Of a DNA stretch of 64,000 nucleotides, positions 13,781 to 31,500 are shown in pieces (position 1 is the first letter of the stretch; each line of letters begins with the position of its first letter). The translations under genes were made by a program, and so were the position numbers. Source of the stretch: Octopus sinensis. Taxonomy: Eukaryota. The stretch is from NCBI RefSeq assembly GCF_006345805.1, contig NC_043023.1:12648001-12712000 (forward strand), read 5' to 3'. The notes under the pieces are model-generated. The model had not been told where the DNA came from and made no database searches. It saw only the letters and a list, made by a program, of their open reading frames with translations.

Positions 13781-15919
13781 ATATATATAGAGATGTTGAT
13801 GTAATTCAGCCTAAGGAGACATCTACAGCTGGCTACACGACATGATCTGTTTATATTCGCGAGTGCCCGTTCTCCATATTTTATTTGTTAGTATAAAATA
13901 CTTTTAAAAATGGAAGACTTAGCAACACCAGTGAGAACAGTCAAAATCAAAATCAAACCAAATCAATTCATATATCAGAAAGCAGAACCAAATTGAGGTC
14001 GATCAACATCAGTGGGAATTGCAGCTGTGGTTAAGCGAACCATCCGATCGTGGTCGTTTCCGGCGCCGCACCGTCTAGCCTCCGTATCGGTGACACGTAA
14101 AAGCACCACCCATTCGTGTCCGTTGCCAGCCTCACCTGGCCCCTGTGCCAGTGACACGTAGAAGCACCATCCGTTCTTGGCCGTGTGCCAGCTCTGCCTG
14201 GTCCCCGTGTCGGTGGGACGTAAAAGCACCACCCGTTCATGTCTGTTGCCAGCCTAGTCTGGCCCTGTGCCGGTGACACGTAAAAGCACCATCCGTTCGT
14301 GGCCGTTTGCCAGCTCTGTCTGGCCCTTGTGCGGGTGGCGCGTAAAAAGCACCCACTACACTCACGGAGTGAATGCTGTTAGGAAGGGCATCCAGCCATA
14401 GAAACACTGCCAGATCTAATTGGGCTTGATGAAGCCTTCTAGCTTCACAGACCCCAGTTGAACCGTCCAACCCATGCTAGCATGGAAAACGGACGCTAAA
14501 TGATGATGATGATGATGATGAATCTTCCTAATTTTCTGCAGATTTAAGAATTGTCTTTTAAATCTGTAGGTCAAAAGGTAAAAATCCCAGCGCTACTCTA
14601 TTTCCTTTCGTAATTGTGCATTATGTTGAGAGCGGCGCCATCTTTTCCCTCCCCGTTGTCATTGGAAGAATTAATCAACCTTCGAATATCGAACACAAGA
14701 CACTACATTCCATCCACTGACGGTTCTCTCAAAGTAGCAACTTAATTATACATGAGAGAAAATTGATCACTGTGATCATCATCATCATCATCGTTTAACG
14801 TCCAATTTCCATTCTAGCATGGGTTGTACGATTTGATTGAGGACTGGCGAACCAGGAAGCTGCACCAGGCTCCAATCTGATCTGGCAGAGTTTCTACAGC
14901 TGGATGCCCTCCTAACACCAACCAGCTGTAGAAACTCTACCAGATCAGAATGAAGCCTGGTGCTGCCATCTGGTTCGCCAACTATTCTCTGGGAATAATG
15001 GAGATCTTTTCGGTTTGAACGGCAGGTTTTTAAATTTCTAGGTAACTAAAAAAACTTTAAACTTCGTATACAGATAGAATGTATTTATAAAGCATCCTTT
15101 TCCTTGGCTTTATTGAGAAAATTCTGTAGTTTGTAACATATTTGTTGTTTTTTTTCTGCAATTTCAACCAATCAAGGACGTCTATTGAGGTAAAAAAAAA
15201 ACATTATGTGCCTTATGAATATGTCCTTCGTTTAAGAAACAGATTGGGATTATTTACATTTTTGAAGAAAAAAAGATGCCCTTTCCCCACCCCTAACCCT
15301 AACAAAGATTGAAATGCAATAGATCGATACTAGGGTCATAATTATGGGTGACAATTTCATATGACACCGCTACAAAAAACTGCCGGTCAAACCGAAAAGA
15401 TCCTTTTTTTTTACACAAAGTAAATAATAAGGCGATGCTTCGATATATAAGTACACACGTGACTTTGTTTACATTTGCGAAGATAACAGAAAGCCTTTTC
15501 TCCCCACTTCTAACCCTAACACGTGGAAATTATTAAAAAAAACTGCCGTTCAAACCGAAAAGATCCCAAATATCTTACAAACTATAGAATTTTCTCAATA
15601 AAGCCAAGAGAAAAAGATGTTTTATAAACACATTCTACCAGTATACGAAGTTTAAAAGTGTTTAGTTACGTGGACATTCTTTTAATAAACTGCCGTTCAA
15701 ACCGAAAAGATCCCAAATATCTTACAAACTATAGAATTTTCTCAATAAAGCCAAGAGAAAAAGATGTTTTATAAACACATTCTACCAGTATACGAAGTTT
15801 AAAAGTGTTTAGTTACGTGGAAATTATTTTCAAAAACTGCCGGTCAAACCGAAAAGATCCCCAAAAGGTATCCAAGCATTGTTCTTTAGATGAGAGAGAA
15901 GTGTGAAGGAAGGACAATG

Positions 15920-15995
15920 ATTGGACAGGAGAGAAAATGACGTCAGAAACGGATCGGAAGTGCAACGGCCTGACGTCACATCAGGAAGATATAAG
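15920..15995 (+). promoter_or_regulatory. Promoter copy upstream of ZF3
   Basis: Same motif set: ATTGG 15920, CRE 15938 and 15971, ETS intact. Confidence 0.7.
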
Positions 15996-16714
15996 TCAAA
16001 GATGCCTTCTTTCTTTCGGTGTCTGCGACGGGGTCCAGTTCGTGCGCTGGAAACGGTCGTAGATTAGAATATGTGAGTGTATATATTCTATATTACCTCG
16101 ATGGTAAAATCGTTGACAGAATGGGACAAAGAAGACACCGGAACGAAACGAACCAGTCATAGAAAATTGAAGAACTATAACCATATAAAGGGATATAACT
16201 TTCCTTAATTAATTAATTAAGGTGCTTAATTAACGATCGTTGACTCGTTGTTTGTGTCTGAATACGGTAAGTTGACAAAGATTTATTTTAAGGCTGTAAT
16301 GATGATGATAATACCAATAATAATAAGGTACTACTAGCGAACAGTGGTCCCGGTGCGTGCACTCGCGTATCCGCGCTTGCTAGTCGTAAGTAGTCGATCC
16401 TACAATCTTTAAAACTAAGTAAATACATTATTTTTGTTAACAAACTAAGGTTAGGGTTAAAAAGTCGTAGGATCGACTACATACGACTAGCTAGCACGGA
16501 TGCGCGCACCTGGACCACTGTTCGCTAGTAGTACCGCGCACCTCTCCAAGATAATGACGCTTACTTGTGAGAAAAAGTTAGGAAATGGGAAATATATCCA
16601 GAATACATAAAGTATGGAGAAAATTAGAAAGATTAATCTATTTTTTAAATATTTTATACTAAAAAATAAAATACGGAGAACGGGCACTCGCGAATATAAA
16701 CAAACTTATAAGGG

Positions 16715-16990
16715 TGTAAGAGTTAGCAGTTCCTTCTCTAAGCTTGGATTCGAAATCGAATCCAAGAATCATCGGTCGTCAAATACCAATGCATGTATAG
16801 GCGCGAAATTAAGAATCCCTTTGTTCTGACAAAAACTGATTGATCATCTCCCTTTGACCTCCGACCTGAGCAATGTCAGGACAAAGGGATTCCTTATTTC
16901 GCGCCTATACATGCATTGGTATTTGACGACCGATGATTCTTGGACTCGATTTCGAATCCAAGCTTAGAGAAGGAACTGCTAACTCTTACA
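16715..16990. mobile_element. 276-bp fold-back MITE, TGT...ACA ends, AGGG TSD (Ginger-like by termini)
   Basis: About 117-bp near-perfect TIRs around a ~42-bp spacer, with AGGG on both sides. The alternative reading is a 6-bp AAGGGT TSD. Empty sites at about 7191, 34575 and 50393. Confidence 0.8.
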
Positions 16991-17231
16991 AGGGTACTAT
17001 TTAAGAAGAGAGGTCCCGGTGCGCAATTCTGCAGTAGCTAGTCGTGACTAATCGATCCTTTCTTTGTACTTTTGTTTTATTTACTTTGTTTTAAAAAAAT
17101 TATATTCTTTGTTTGAAAAAATGAGCGTAACTTCGGTATAGGTACCGGAAGTACCAGATACATTTCAAGAAAGTGTCTTTTTTTCTTATATATGGGGGCG
17201 TTATGGTTAAGGTTTGTGTTAGGGGTGGGAG

Positions 17232-18273
17232 GGTTAATATCTAGATCCGCACCCGGTGGAAAAAATGGAAACGCAAATGTGTAACAGTTGTAAGGCATCG
17301 TATATTGACGTAATAAGACGGAAAAAAGGGGCGCTGACGAACGGGGGTGGGGGGGTGGTGGTGGAAATTCCCAGGATCAACCTGGAATCTAAAATGTGTA
17401 ACAGTTGTAAGGCATCGTATATTGACGGAATAAGACGTAAAAAAAGGGCGCTGACGAACGGGGGTGGGGGGGGGTCGGAAAATTCCCAGGATCAACCGTA
17501 GAGGATCCACGCCCAGGTGGCAAAAATGGAAAAAAATATGTGTAAGAGGTGTAAGGCATCGTATATTGAAGGAATATGACGAAAAAAAAGCGCGCTGACA
17601 AACGGGGGGGGGGGGGAGGGCGCTCGGAAAATTCCCAGGATCAACCGTAGAGGATCCACGCCCAGGTGGCAAAAATGGAAAAAAATATGTGTAAGAGGTG
17701 TAAGGCATCGTATATTGAAGGAATATGACGAAAAAAAAGCGCGCTGACAAACGGGGGGGGGAGGGCGCTCGGAAAATTGCCTACGATTTAAAGAAAAATT
17801 TACCATCAATTTTCACCATTTAAACGCATTGTTGGCATAAGGGAAGTAACTCTCTAAAAATCTCTATATATAAACGGCAGTTTTTCTGTGTGTCTGTCAG
17901 GTTGTACCCTCACCCTGACCACGGCTTTCAACCGATTCTGATGAAACTTGACACACACATAACCCAATGTCATAATTCAAAACTAACGCAGCGAAAATTT
18001 TGAAAAGTTCCCCCAGTTCTGAAAAATATCGATAAATTCGACATGGGGTCGAGAATTTCAATTTTTTTGCTATTTTCAATATTCTTCAATATTTTTGCTA
18101 AAAATGCTTTATAGTTATTTCCCTTACAAACCCGAGCAACGCCGGGCGATACTGCTAGTCTATATATATTTTTTTTTTATTTTACAAACAAAAAGTGAAA
18201 ACTGAAGTAATAGAATTTGAATTTTTGAAGTTGCGATTGATAATTATTCTGTGACAATCAATAATATTGGGAA
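17232..18273 (+). repeat. Left TIR of Merlin (~1040 bp; four ~110-150 bp G-run subrepeats plus an embedded Helitron-like element)
   Basis: Reverse complement of 19566-20463, except for one extra subrepeat and a few substitutions. Confidence 0.9.
17861..18158 (+). mobile_element. Non-autonomous Helitron-like element (298 bp) inside the left TIR
   Basis: 5' end TCTCTATATATAAA after an A. Subterminal hairpin CCCGAGCAACGCCGGG, then CTAG followed by T. No TSD. Confidence 0.75.
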
Positions 18274-18404
18274 AATATAATCTGTACTTACCACATGTGT
18301 GGTAGATTTGCTGATTATTTTCAACAAATCTACCACGCTTCTATTTCAAATTCTTTAACGTTGTCAGTTGTTACAGCAGCCACGTGGAAATTGGTCGAAC
18401 ATCT

Positions 18405-19358
18405 TTATTGCCCAGGATACAAATTCGCAGCTTGCAATAAAAATTCATGAATCCTTTTGGGAGCAGGGCGGAAAGCTTGCATGAATTGGTATGTAGCTAC
18501 ATATTGTTTTAAGTAACACGATTTAATTCCTGCTCTTATGACGTTTTTTTTTAAGCTCCCCCAAAATCTTTCTATTGTCTGTGTATGTATAGATGGGTTT
18601 GTTGGATCTACAAAATTCTGGCTGTGATTTATCTTAAAATGCGTGTAGCCTAATGTATCTAACCTATTATATACGGGCCAACAATCACTATATACAGTTG
18701 AACCAGGTTTAATGTGGCGTCTAATTAATGGAATTAGTGTGGAAGAATCTCGCCTTAGAATTTCACCACATTCTGATGTCAGGGGTATCAAAAAATTTTT
18801 CTTGGAATCTCTTTCGATTCCGCCAAATAGCCAAATAGTTTTCACAAGTCTCCCCCTGTTATATTTCCTCCTAACCAAGACTGTCTCATCTATTTCTACT
18901 TCTATTCCTGGCCCTCCAATTGGTGTTTGGGAATTTGTGGCCCAATGAAGACAGACTTCAGAGCAGAAGGACCTCCAATCAACCGACGTAGCAAGCGATA
19001 TATCTAAATTCTCAATAACTGCTTGGTGCGACCAATCTTCTGTTAAGAAATGGTTTACATACAAAAGAATTTTCCAGGGGGTTAATCTACTCCGATTCAA
19101 AAAGGTGTTCTTAAATATGGAAACAGAAAAACCACATTCTGTCGCCTTCTGTCTTCTTCTGCGAACCATTTTCCTGCAACGAAATATATGTGTTCCATTT
19201 CGTAGAATACACGGTGAATTGCACGTCGGGCAATTCACATTTCTTGGTATCACCCCATGTTCCCGAAAAAATTCTAATGCTGTTTCATCGTTAAGCCGAA
19301 ATCTCGAAACCCCGTCATACAGACTCAGCTCGCACGGAATAACACACGATGCCATCAT
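18405..19358 (-). CDS. Merlin/ISXO2-type DDE transposase, 317 aa
   Basis: N-terminal zinc ribbon (CPTC...CRK), then EVEIDET..RRKYNRGR...WLFGGIER, VYSDCW..Y and HTQTIERFW..LK, which match ISXO2/Merlin motifs. The frame is open. Confidence 0.92.
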   Translation of the reverse strand: MMASCVIPCELSLYDGVSRFRLNDETALEFFREHGVIPRNVNCPTCNSPCILRNGTHIFRCRKMVRRRRQKATECGFSVSIFKNTFLNRSRLTPWKILLYVNHFLTEDWSHQAVIENLDISLATSVDWRSFCSEVCLHWATNSQTPIGGPGIEVEIDETVLVRRKYNRGRLVKTIWLFGGIERDSKKNFLIPLTSECGEILRRDSSTLIPLIRRHIKPGSTVYSDCWPVYNRLDTLGYTHFKINHSQNFVDPTNPSIHTQTIERFWGSLKKNVIRAGIKSCYLKQYVATYQFMQAFRPAPKRIHEFLLQAANLYPGQ

Positions 19359-19565
19359 GCAAATTAAAATGACCAGATTAAAGATAAATTCAAATAATAT
19401 TTTCGTTAAAGGGAAGAGTACGTCTAGTCACTGCGAATACACAAATTTGAAAGGCTTTTCCACGCTGCCTGCGCACGCAATTAGGGCTGGCACTTCACGC
19501 AATTAGGGCTGGCACTTCCGGCAATGTGGTCACTCAATGTGGTCAACCGGAAGTTGGGCTGGCAC

Positions 19566-20463
19566 TTCCCAATATTATTGATTGTCACAGAATAATTATC
19601 AATCGCAACTTCAAAAATTCAAATTCCATTACTTCAGTTTTCACTTTTTGTTTGTAAAATAAAAAAAAATATATATATAGACTAGCAGTATCGCCCGGCG
19701 TTGCTCGGGTTTGTAAGGGAAATAACTATAAAGCATTTTTAGCAAAAATATTGAAAAATATTGAAAATAGCAAAAAAATTGAAATTCTCGACCCCATGTC
19801 GAATTTATCGATTTTTTTCAGAACTGGGGGAACTTTTCAAAATTTTCGCTGCGTTAGTTTTGAATTATGACATTGGGTTATGTGTGTGTCAAGTTTCATC
19901 AGAATCGGTTGAAAGCCGTGGTCAGGGTGAGGGTACAACCTGACAGACACACAGAAAAACTGCCGTTTATATATAGAGATTTTTAGAGAGTTACTTCCCT
20001 TATGCCAACAATGCGTTTAAATGGTGAAAATTGATGGTAAATTTTTCTTTAAATCGTAGGCAATTTTCCGAGCGCCCTCCCCCCCCCCCGTTTGTCAGCG
20101 CGCTTTTTTTTCGTCATATTCCTTCAATATACGATGCCTTACACCTCTTACACATATTTTTTTCCATTTTTGCCACCTGGGCGTGGATCCTCTACGGTTG
20201 ATCCTGGGAATTTTCCGACCCCCCCCACCCCCGTTCGTCAGCGCCCTTTTTTTACGTCTTATTCCGTCAATATACGATGCCTTACAACTGTTACACATTT
20301 TAGATTCCAGGTTGATCCTGGGAATTTCCCCCCCCCTTCCCCCCCCACCCCCGTTCGTCAGCGCCCCTTTTTTCCGTCTTATTACGTCAATATACGATGC
20401 CTTACAACTGTTACACGTTTGCGTTTCCATTTTTTCCACCGGGTGCGGATCTAGATATTAACC
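19566..20463 (-). repeat. Right TIR of Merlin (~900 bp; three subrepeats plus an embedded Helitron-like element)
   Basis: TTCCCAATATTATTGATTGTCACAG at 19566 mirrors CTGTGACAATCAATAATATTGGGAA ending at 18273. Confidence 0.9.
19682..19979 (-). mobile_element. Non-autonomous Helitron-like element (298 bp) inside the right TIR
   Basis: Mirror image of 17861-18158 at the equivalent TIR position. Confidence 0.75.
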
Positions 20464-21158
20464 GGTGGGAGAAAAGGGTTTCTGTTATCTTCAGAAATGT
20501 AAACAAAGCCACTGACGGTACCTATACCGAAGGATCGCCAAAAACTAATTTACTTTGTGTGAAAACAATTATTTATTTTGTGTTTTATTTACTTTGCTAG
20601 GTAGTCGTTGTAGGATCGACTAATCACGACTAACTATCGCGCGTGTGCGCACCGGGACCACTCTTTTTAAGTAGTACCAGAGAAAATTAGAACGATTAAT
20701 CTATTTTTTTAACTATTTTATACTAAAAAATAAAATACGCAGAACGGGCACTCGCGAATATAAACAAACATGTATGTACGTATACATATGTATTTATGCA
20801 TATATATGTATTATTATGTATACATATATGTGTGTGTGTAAGGGTGAAAGAAATTGAATATTAATTAATAACATCAATTTCGTATGGATTTTGGCGTTTG
20901 GTTCAGCAAATTACGTTTTTGATATACTCTACCGATGATTCGAAAATGATTTGTAAGTAAAATTACACAATCTATTAACGATGAAACAATTGTATAGAGT
21001 TAATCCATTTTTTCGTTATTTTTCATTTGTCCTGCCCGCTTACATTCTTGGCGTGTTGAATTAATGCTTGAGAACAATTCTTTAGTGTGGATTCCCTTTG
21101 CCGATCTATTTCTAGCATTAGAGTGACCACATGTGGTCCCTCTCTTAATACTTGTATG

Positions 21159-21189
<31 letters not shown>

Positions 21190-22157
21190 ATACAAATATA
21201 TTTGTAGTGAATCTTGCACGCATGAAGTAGATTGGATCCACCAGAGCCAAAATTTTATTTAACCCTTCACCAAAATTTTCCCCACAGCAGAACAATAGAG
21301 AAATCTCTATAGAGAATGTTGTAAAAGTTTCAATGCCTCAATGGATTCTGACCCCTGCAAACATAGACATTAAATGGATGACAGTGTTGATGTTGTAAGA
21401 TTTGCAATGTTGAATTACTATGTCGTTTAATGATTCTCTTTATCTCACTGCTTCTTTTTTTTTTCTATTTCAGAATATAACATCCTGTTGATATGAAAGA
21501 AATTGCTTCATTCAGATGTGCCTCTGATATTTTATCAGCTCCCATCAACCAAAGGAAGATGATATATTTATAAGGAGCATTCATCAATACATCAAACTCA
21601 TCTTATAAAGGAAATCTGTGAAAAACAACAGCAAAATATTTCTTGATTTAGATATTAAGCAAGATCACAGATGAAAGAAGCATAGCATTAAATTATTCTC
21701 TGAAGTTAGCAACACAAATATATTCATAGAAATGAATTTTTTTCCTATTTCAGAATATCATACCATGTTGATTTAAAAGAAATTTCTTCATTCGGGATGT
21801 GTGTCTGATATTTTTATTGACTTTCATCAATTAAAGGAAGACCATATATTCATAAGGCACATTCATCAAAACATCAGCTTCTTTATATAAATAAAATCTT
21901 CGACGAACGATGGGGAAATATTTCTTCTGGATGATGGAATTAAGAGCAACATTTTTTTTGCCATCTGGAATGTAGAGATGATGATGAACCTACAGGTTAA
22001 GTTTGAGTAACTTTACAGAAGAGTTAACCAATTTATATCTTCTGTTTTAGATATTAAGCAAGATCACCAATGAAAGTAACATTTAATTATTCTCTGATGC
22101 ATTTGAACACAAACATTCATAGAAATGAAACAGATACTATCATTGTGATATGTATAA

Positions 22158-23643
<1,486 letters not shown>

Positions 23644-24295
23644 TCGTATCAATATCAAAATTTATTACAACCCGGCAGGACAAGTGAGACCATAACCCAT
23701 GGTCTCTACCTGGGATGTAGCCAGTCCACTTATGCATACCTTTCCTTCTTGGGACAGAAAACTCTACTACTGAAGACCTGTTGATGCAAGTGAGAATCAA
23801 AATCGAAATCAATCAACATCAATGGAAATTGTAGCTGTGATACCAGTACTGGTTGCACGTAAAAAGCACCATCCGATTGTGGCCATTGCCAGCCACGCCT
23901 GGCCTCTGTGCCGGTGGCACATAAAAAGCAACGGCCGATCTTGGCCGAAGCCAGCCTCACCTGGCCCCTGTGCCGGTGGCACATGAAAAGCATCCACTAC
24001 ACTGACAGAGTAGTTGGCGTTTAGGAAGGGCATCCAGCTGTAGAGACACTGCCAGATCAGACTGCAACCTGGTGCAGCCTCCTGGTTTCCCAGACCCAGT
24101 CAACTGTCCAACCCATGCTAGCAGGGAAAACAGATGTTAAACAATGATGATGATGAGGATTCTCTATTGTTTCCTGTGACAGACAGCTGTTCTTTTGTGT
24201 ACTGGACATTTTCAATGTGGGCGCACTCGCGCAAGCTAGTCGTAAGTAGTCGATCCTACAATTTTTTTTTATTAAACTAAGTAAATAAATTATTT

Positions 24296-24495
24296 ATAGA
24301 TCCGCGCCCAGGTGGCAAAAATGGAAAAAAATATGTGTAACAGGTGTAAGGCATCGTATATTGAAGGAATATGACGAAAAAAAAAAGCTCGCTGACAAAG
24401 GAGGGGGTGGGGACGGGGCTTGGAAAATTCACACGATCAACCGTACTAGATTGGCGCCCGGGTGGCAAAAATGGTAAAAAATGTGTAAAAGGTGT
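24296..24495 (+). mobile_element. Diverged relic of the Merlin TIR subrepeat
   Basis: TAGATCCGCGCCCAGGTGGCAAAAATGGAAAAAAATATGTGTAA...GGCATCGTATATTGAAGGAATATGACG matches 17500-17590. Confidence 0.75.
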
Positions 24496-24599
24496 ATATA
24501 TATACATGTATATATATATCACAGACACACACACACACAGTTACGTGCGCAAACACACATGCACACACACAGACAAACACGCACACACACATATTTCCA

Positions 24600-24810
24600 T
24601 ATCTGTGACTTGTGTTTGTCCCAAGTCAACGCTTCATTTTCGGTTTCGGCTGATTACGTCATCGTAACTTAGCAATTCGACCAAAGGAGAAGGAAGGAAT
24701 GAGTAGCAGTCTGAAGAGAGATAAGCCCAGCCGTCGATGAGTATGAGTAAACACGCTGATGTGGTGCTCCAGCATGGCGGTCGTCCAAGAATCGAAACTA
24801 GCAAACTTCG
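24600..24810 (+). mobile_element. Old, diverged SINE 3' half
   Basis: TGTGTTTGTCCC...GTAACTTAGCAATTCG...GTGGTGCTCCAGCATGGC resembles the SINE body at 3246-3660. Confidence 0.55.
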
Positions 24811-25204
24811 GACGATAAAATCTACTTTGTAGGTAAATGGTGTCAAGGGAGAGAACTCTTATATATATAAACCATATATATTTAAGAGTAGTCTCCCTTA
24901 AGACGTTAAAGACAGATGATAGAACTGAAGCGGTTTCGCAACGTTGTTCAAGGGAGCAAACTCTAGTACCATATATTTGTGAGTATTCTCCCTTGAAACC
25001 AATCGTTATGCCAGCAAACTCGTACAGGGGTTGAGAGACGGAGATGGAGAGAGTCAGACCGACAAGCAGTCGGACGGTCACGTAAATCGGTGAATGAAGG
25101 ATAGAAACGTATTCTGTGTCATTCCATAAATAATTCGGGTTTTTTTTAAAATTTATTTTTCAAGATTAAGATAGGCAGTGTTTTTTTTTTTTAATCTAAA
25201 ATGT

Positions 25205-25210
25205 TCTACC

Positions 25211-25245
<35 letters not shown>

Positions 25246-25328
25246 ATATATATGTGTGTGTGTGTGTGTATATATTTATATATATATGTATATATATATA
25301 TATATATATATGCACTCACACATACACA

Positions 25329-25359
<31 letters not shown>

Positions 25360-25540
25360 TTCATTTCATTTCATCTAATTTCAGCTCATGAGCTGTGGCC
25401 ATGCTGGGGCACCACCATTTAAAACTTTGTCAACAACCAGCCATGGGACTTGAACCCAGATCCCTTGGAGATGCATATTTATATGTATGTATATATATTT
25501 ATGCATACATTCATATATACATACATATATATATATAGGA
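25205..25540. repeat. (TA)n/(TG)n compound microsatellites
   Basis: Directly visible. Similar tracts occur at about 305-350, 8065-8105, 21155-21190, 43070-43100, 50970-51030 and 59415-59450. Confidence 0.9.
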
Positions 25541-26170
25541 GTTGAGGAACCTGTGGAAGAGGTAGACCCAGGAAAACCTGGGACGAGGTGGTGAAGCACA
25601 ACCTTTGAACTTTAGGTCTCACCAAGGAAATGACTAGAGACCGAGACCTATGGAAGTATGCTGTGCGTGAGAAGACCCGGCAAGACCCCTCAGAACAGTC
25701 AAAATCAAACCAAATCAACATCAGTGGAAATTGCAGCTGTGGTTAAGCAAACCATCCGATCGTTTGTCCGTTGCCAGCGTCGCCTGGCCCCGTGCCTTTG
25801 GCATGTAAAAGCACCATCCGCTCGTGTCCGTTGGCAGCCTCGCCAGGTCCCCGTGCCGGTAGCACGTAAAAGCACCATCCCTTCTTGTCCGTTGCCAACC
25901 TCAACTGGCCCCTGTGCCGGTGGCACATAAAAACACCATCCGTTCGTGGCTGTTTGCCAGCGCTGTCTGGCACCTGTGCAGGTCGCACGTAAAATGCACC
26001 CACTACACTCACGGAGTGGTTGGCGTTAGGAAGGGCATCCAGCCGTAGAAACACTGCCAAATCTGACTGGGCCTGATAAAGCCTTCCGGCTTCACAGACC
26101 CCAGTTAAACCGTCCAACCCATGCTAGCATGGAAAACGGACGCTAAATGATGATGATGATGATGATGATG
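25540..26170 (+). mobile_element. RTE fragment: degenerate RT C-terminus plus 3' UTR and tail
   Basis: GGAAGAGGTAGACCCAGGAAAACCTGGGACGAGGTGGTGAAGCAC...GAGAAGACCCGGCAAGAC is homologous to the end of the 27591-29318 ORF. It ends in (ATG)n. Confidence 0.88.
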
Positions 26171-26956
26171 ATTCATCAATACATCAAACCCATCTTATAA
26201 AGGAAATCTGTGAAAAACAACGGCAAAATATTTCTTCTGGACGATGGAATTAACAGCAACAATTTGAAGTCTTTGCTGTCTGGAATATAGAGGAGATGAT
26301 TGTTTTACAGGTTAAATAAGCTTGGATAACTTTACAAAGGGGTAGACAATTGTCACCTCTTCATTTAGATATTAAGCAAAATCACAGATGAAAGAAGCAT
26401 AGCATTAAATTATTCTCTGAAAATAGCAACACAAATATATTCATAGAAATGAATTTTTTTCCTATTTCAGAATATCATACCATGTTGATTTAAAAGAAAT
26501 TTCTTCATTCAGATGTGTGTCTGATATTTTGATTGACTTTCATCAATTAAAGGAAGACCATATATTCATAAGACACATTCATCAAAACATCAGCTTCTTT
26601 ATATAAATAAAATCTTCGACGAACGATGGGGAAATATTTCTTCTGGATGATGGAATTAAGAGCAACATTTTTTTTGCCATCTGGAATGTAGAGATGATGA
26701 TGAACCTACAGGTTAAGTTTGAGTAACTTTACAAAAGAGTTAACCAATTTATATCTTCTGTTTTAGATATTAAGCAAGATCACCAATGAAAGTAACATAA
26801 CGTTTAATTATTCTCTGATGCATTTGAACACAAACATTCATAGAAATGAAACAGATACTATCATTGTGATATGTATAACGAAATTATTCTCTCATAATGA
26901 ATAATTCAACTAAAGCAAAAGTCTCTGATAAAAGAGGGAAGCTATATCACTGTGAT

Positions 26957-29543
<2,587 letters not shown>

Positions 29544-29546
29544 TGA

Positions 29547-29711
<165 letters not shown>

Positions 29712-29714
29712 TGA

Positions 29715-29879
<165 letters not shown>

Positions 29880-29882
29880 TGA

Positions 29883-30122
<240 letters not shown>

Positions 30123-30461
30123 TAAGAAGGCACAGACGTGTTCATACAGGAGAAAAACCATATCAGTGTAATTTCTGTAGTAAATCATTTTCTGAAAATG
30201 GCACTTTAACTCATCACAAATTTATTCATACTGGAGAAAAGCCTCATCATTGTGATATCTGTGGTAAATCATTTTCTCAAAGTGCTAACTTAGCTACACA
30301 CAAACGTACTCATACAGGAGAGAAACCATATCAGTGTGATATCTGTGGTAAATCATTCACTAGAAATAGTAATTTGACTACTCATATACGTATTCATACT
30401 GGGGAAAAACCATATCAATGTGATATCTGTGGTAAATCATTTTCCCAGCATTCTACTTTAA

Positions 30462-30827
<366 letters not shown>

Positions 30828-31379
30828 TAATCGTATCAATATCAAAATTTGTTACAACCCGGCAGGACAAGTGAGACCACAACCCATGGCCTCTACCTGG
30901 GATGTAGCCAGTCCACTTATGCATACCTTTCCTTCTTGGGACACAAAACTCTACTTGTGAAGACTTGTTGAGGCAAGTGAGAATCAGAATCAAAATCGAA
31001 ATCAACCAACATCAATGGAAATTGCAGCTGTGATACCAATGCTGGTGGCATGTAAAAAGCACCATCCGATCGTGGCCATTGCCAGTCTCACCTGGCCCCC
31101 GTGCGGCTGGCACGTAAAAAGCACCATCCGACCGTAGCTGTTTGCCAGCCCCGTGTGGCACCTGTGTCCGGTGGCACGTACAAAGCACCCACTACACTCA
31201 CGGAGTGGTTGGCGTTAGGAAGGGCATCCAGCCGTAGAAACATTGCCAGATCAGACTGGGCCAGGTGCAGCCTTGTGGCTTCCCAGACCCCGGTCGAACC
31301 ATCCAACCCATGCTAGCATGGAAAGCGGACGCTAAATGATGATGATGACAAGAATTATGAATATTTTGTCTGCTAAAAG

Positions 31380-31500
31380 ACAGGGTTTATTCCTCTTCAA
31401 GCTTGACATTATTAACATCAGTTTCTTGGATGTCAACATGAAATTCATGAATCACAACTTCAATATCATTTATATATCTAAATATATCAACACAGAGATG
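31380..31500 (+). mobile_element. Possible degenerate Penelope-like RT fragment (paralog at about 53905-54025)
   Basis: Translates as ...INISFLDVNMKFMNHNFNIIYISKYINT, resembling the PLE RT 'FLDV...VYRK.T.T' motif. Similarity is short and judged by eye only. Confidence 0.3.

Larger units (their letters stand above)
17232..20463 (-). mobile_element. Merlin-superfamily (IS1016/ISXO2-like) DNA transposon, 3232 bp, full length
   Basis: Termini GGTTAATATCTAGATCCGCACCCGG...CCGGGTGCGGATCTAGATATTAACC. An 8-bp TSD GGTGGGAG lies at 17224-17231 and 20464-20471, and the empty site GGTGGGAGAAAAGGG is seen in other units. It carries an internal transposase ORF. Confidence 0.92.

Noticed and set aside
17241-17809. 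ORFs inside the Merlin TIR subrepeats (mirrored at 20092-20461)
   Set aside because: They are products of G/C-run tandem repeats and appear symmetrically in both TIRs.
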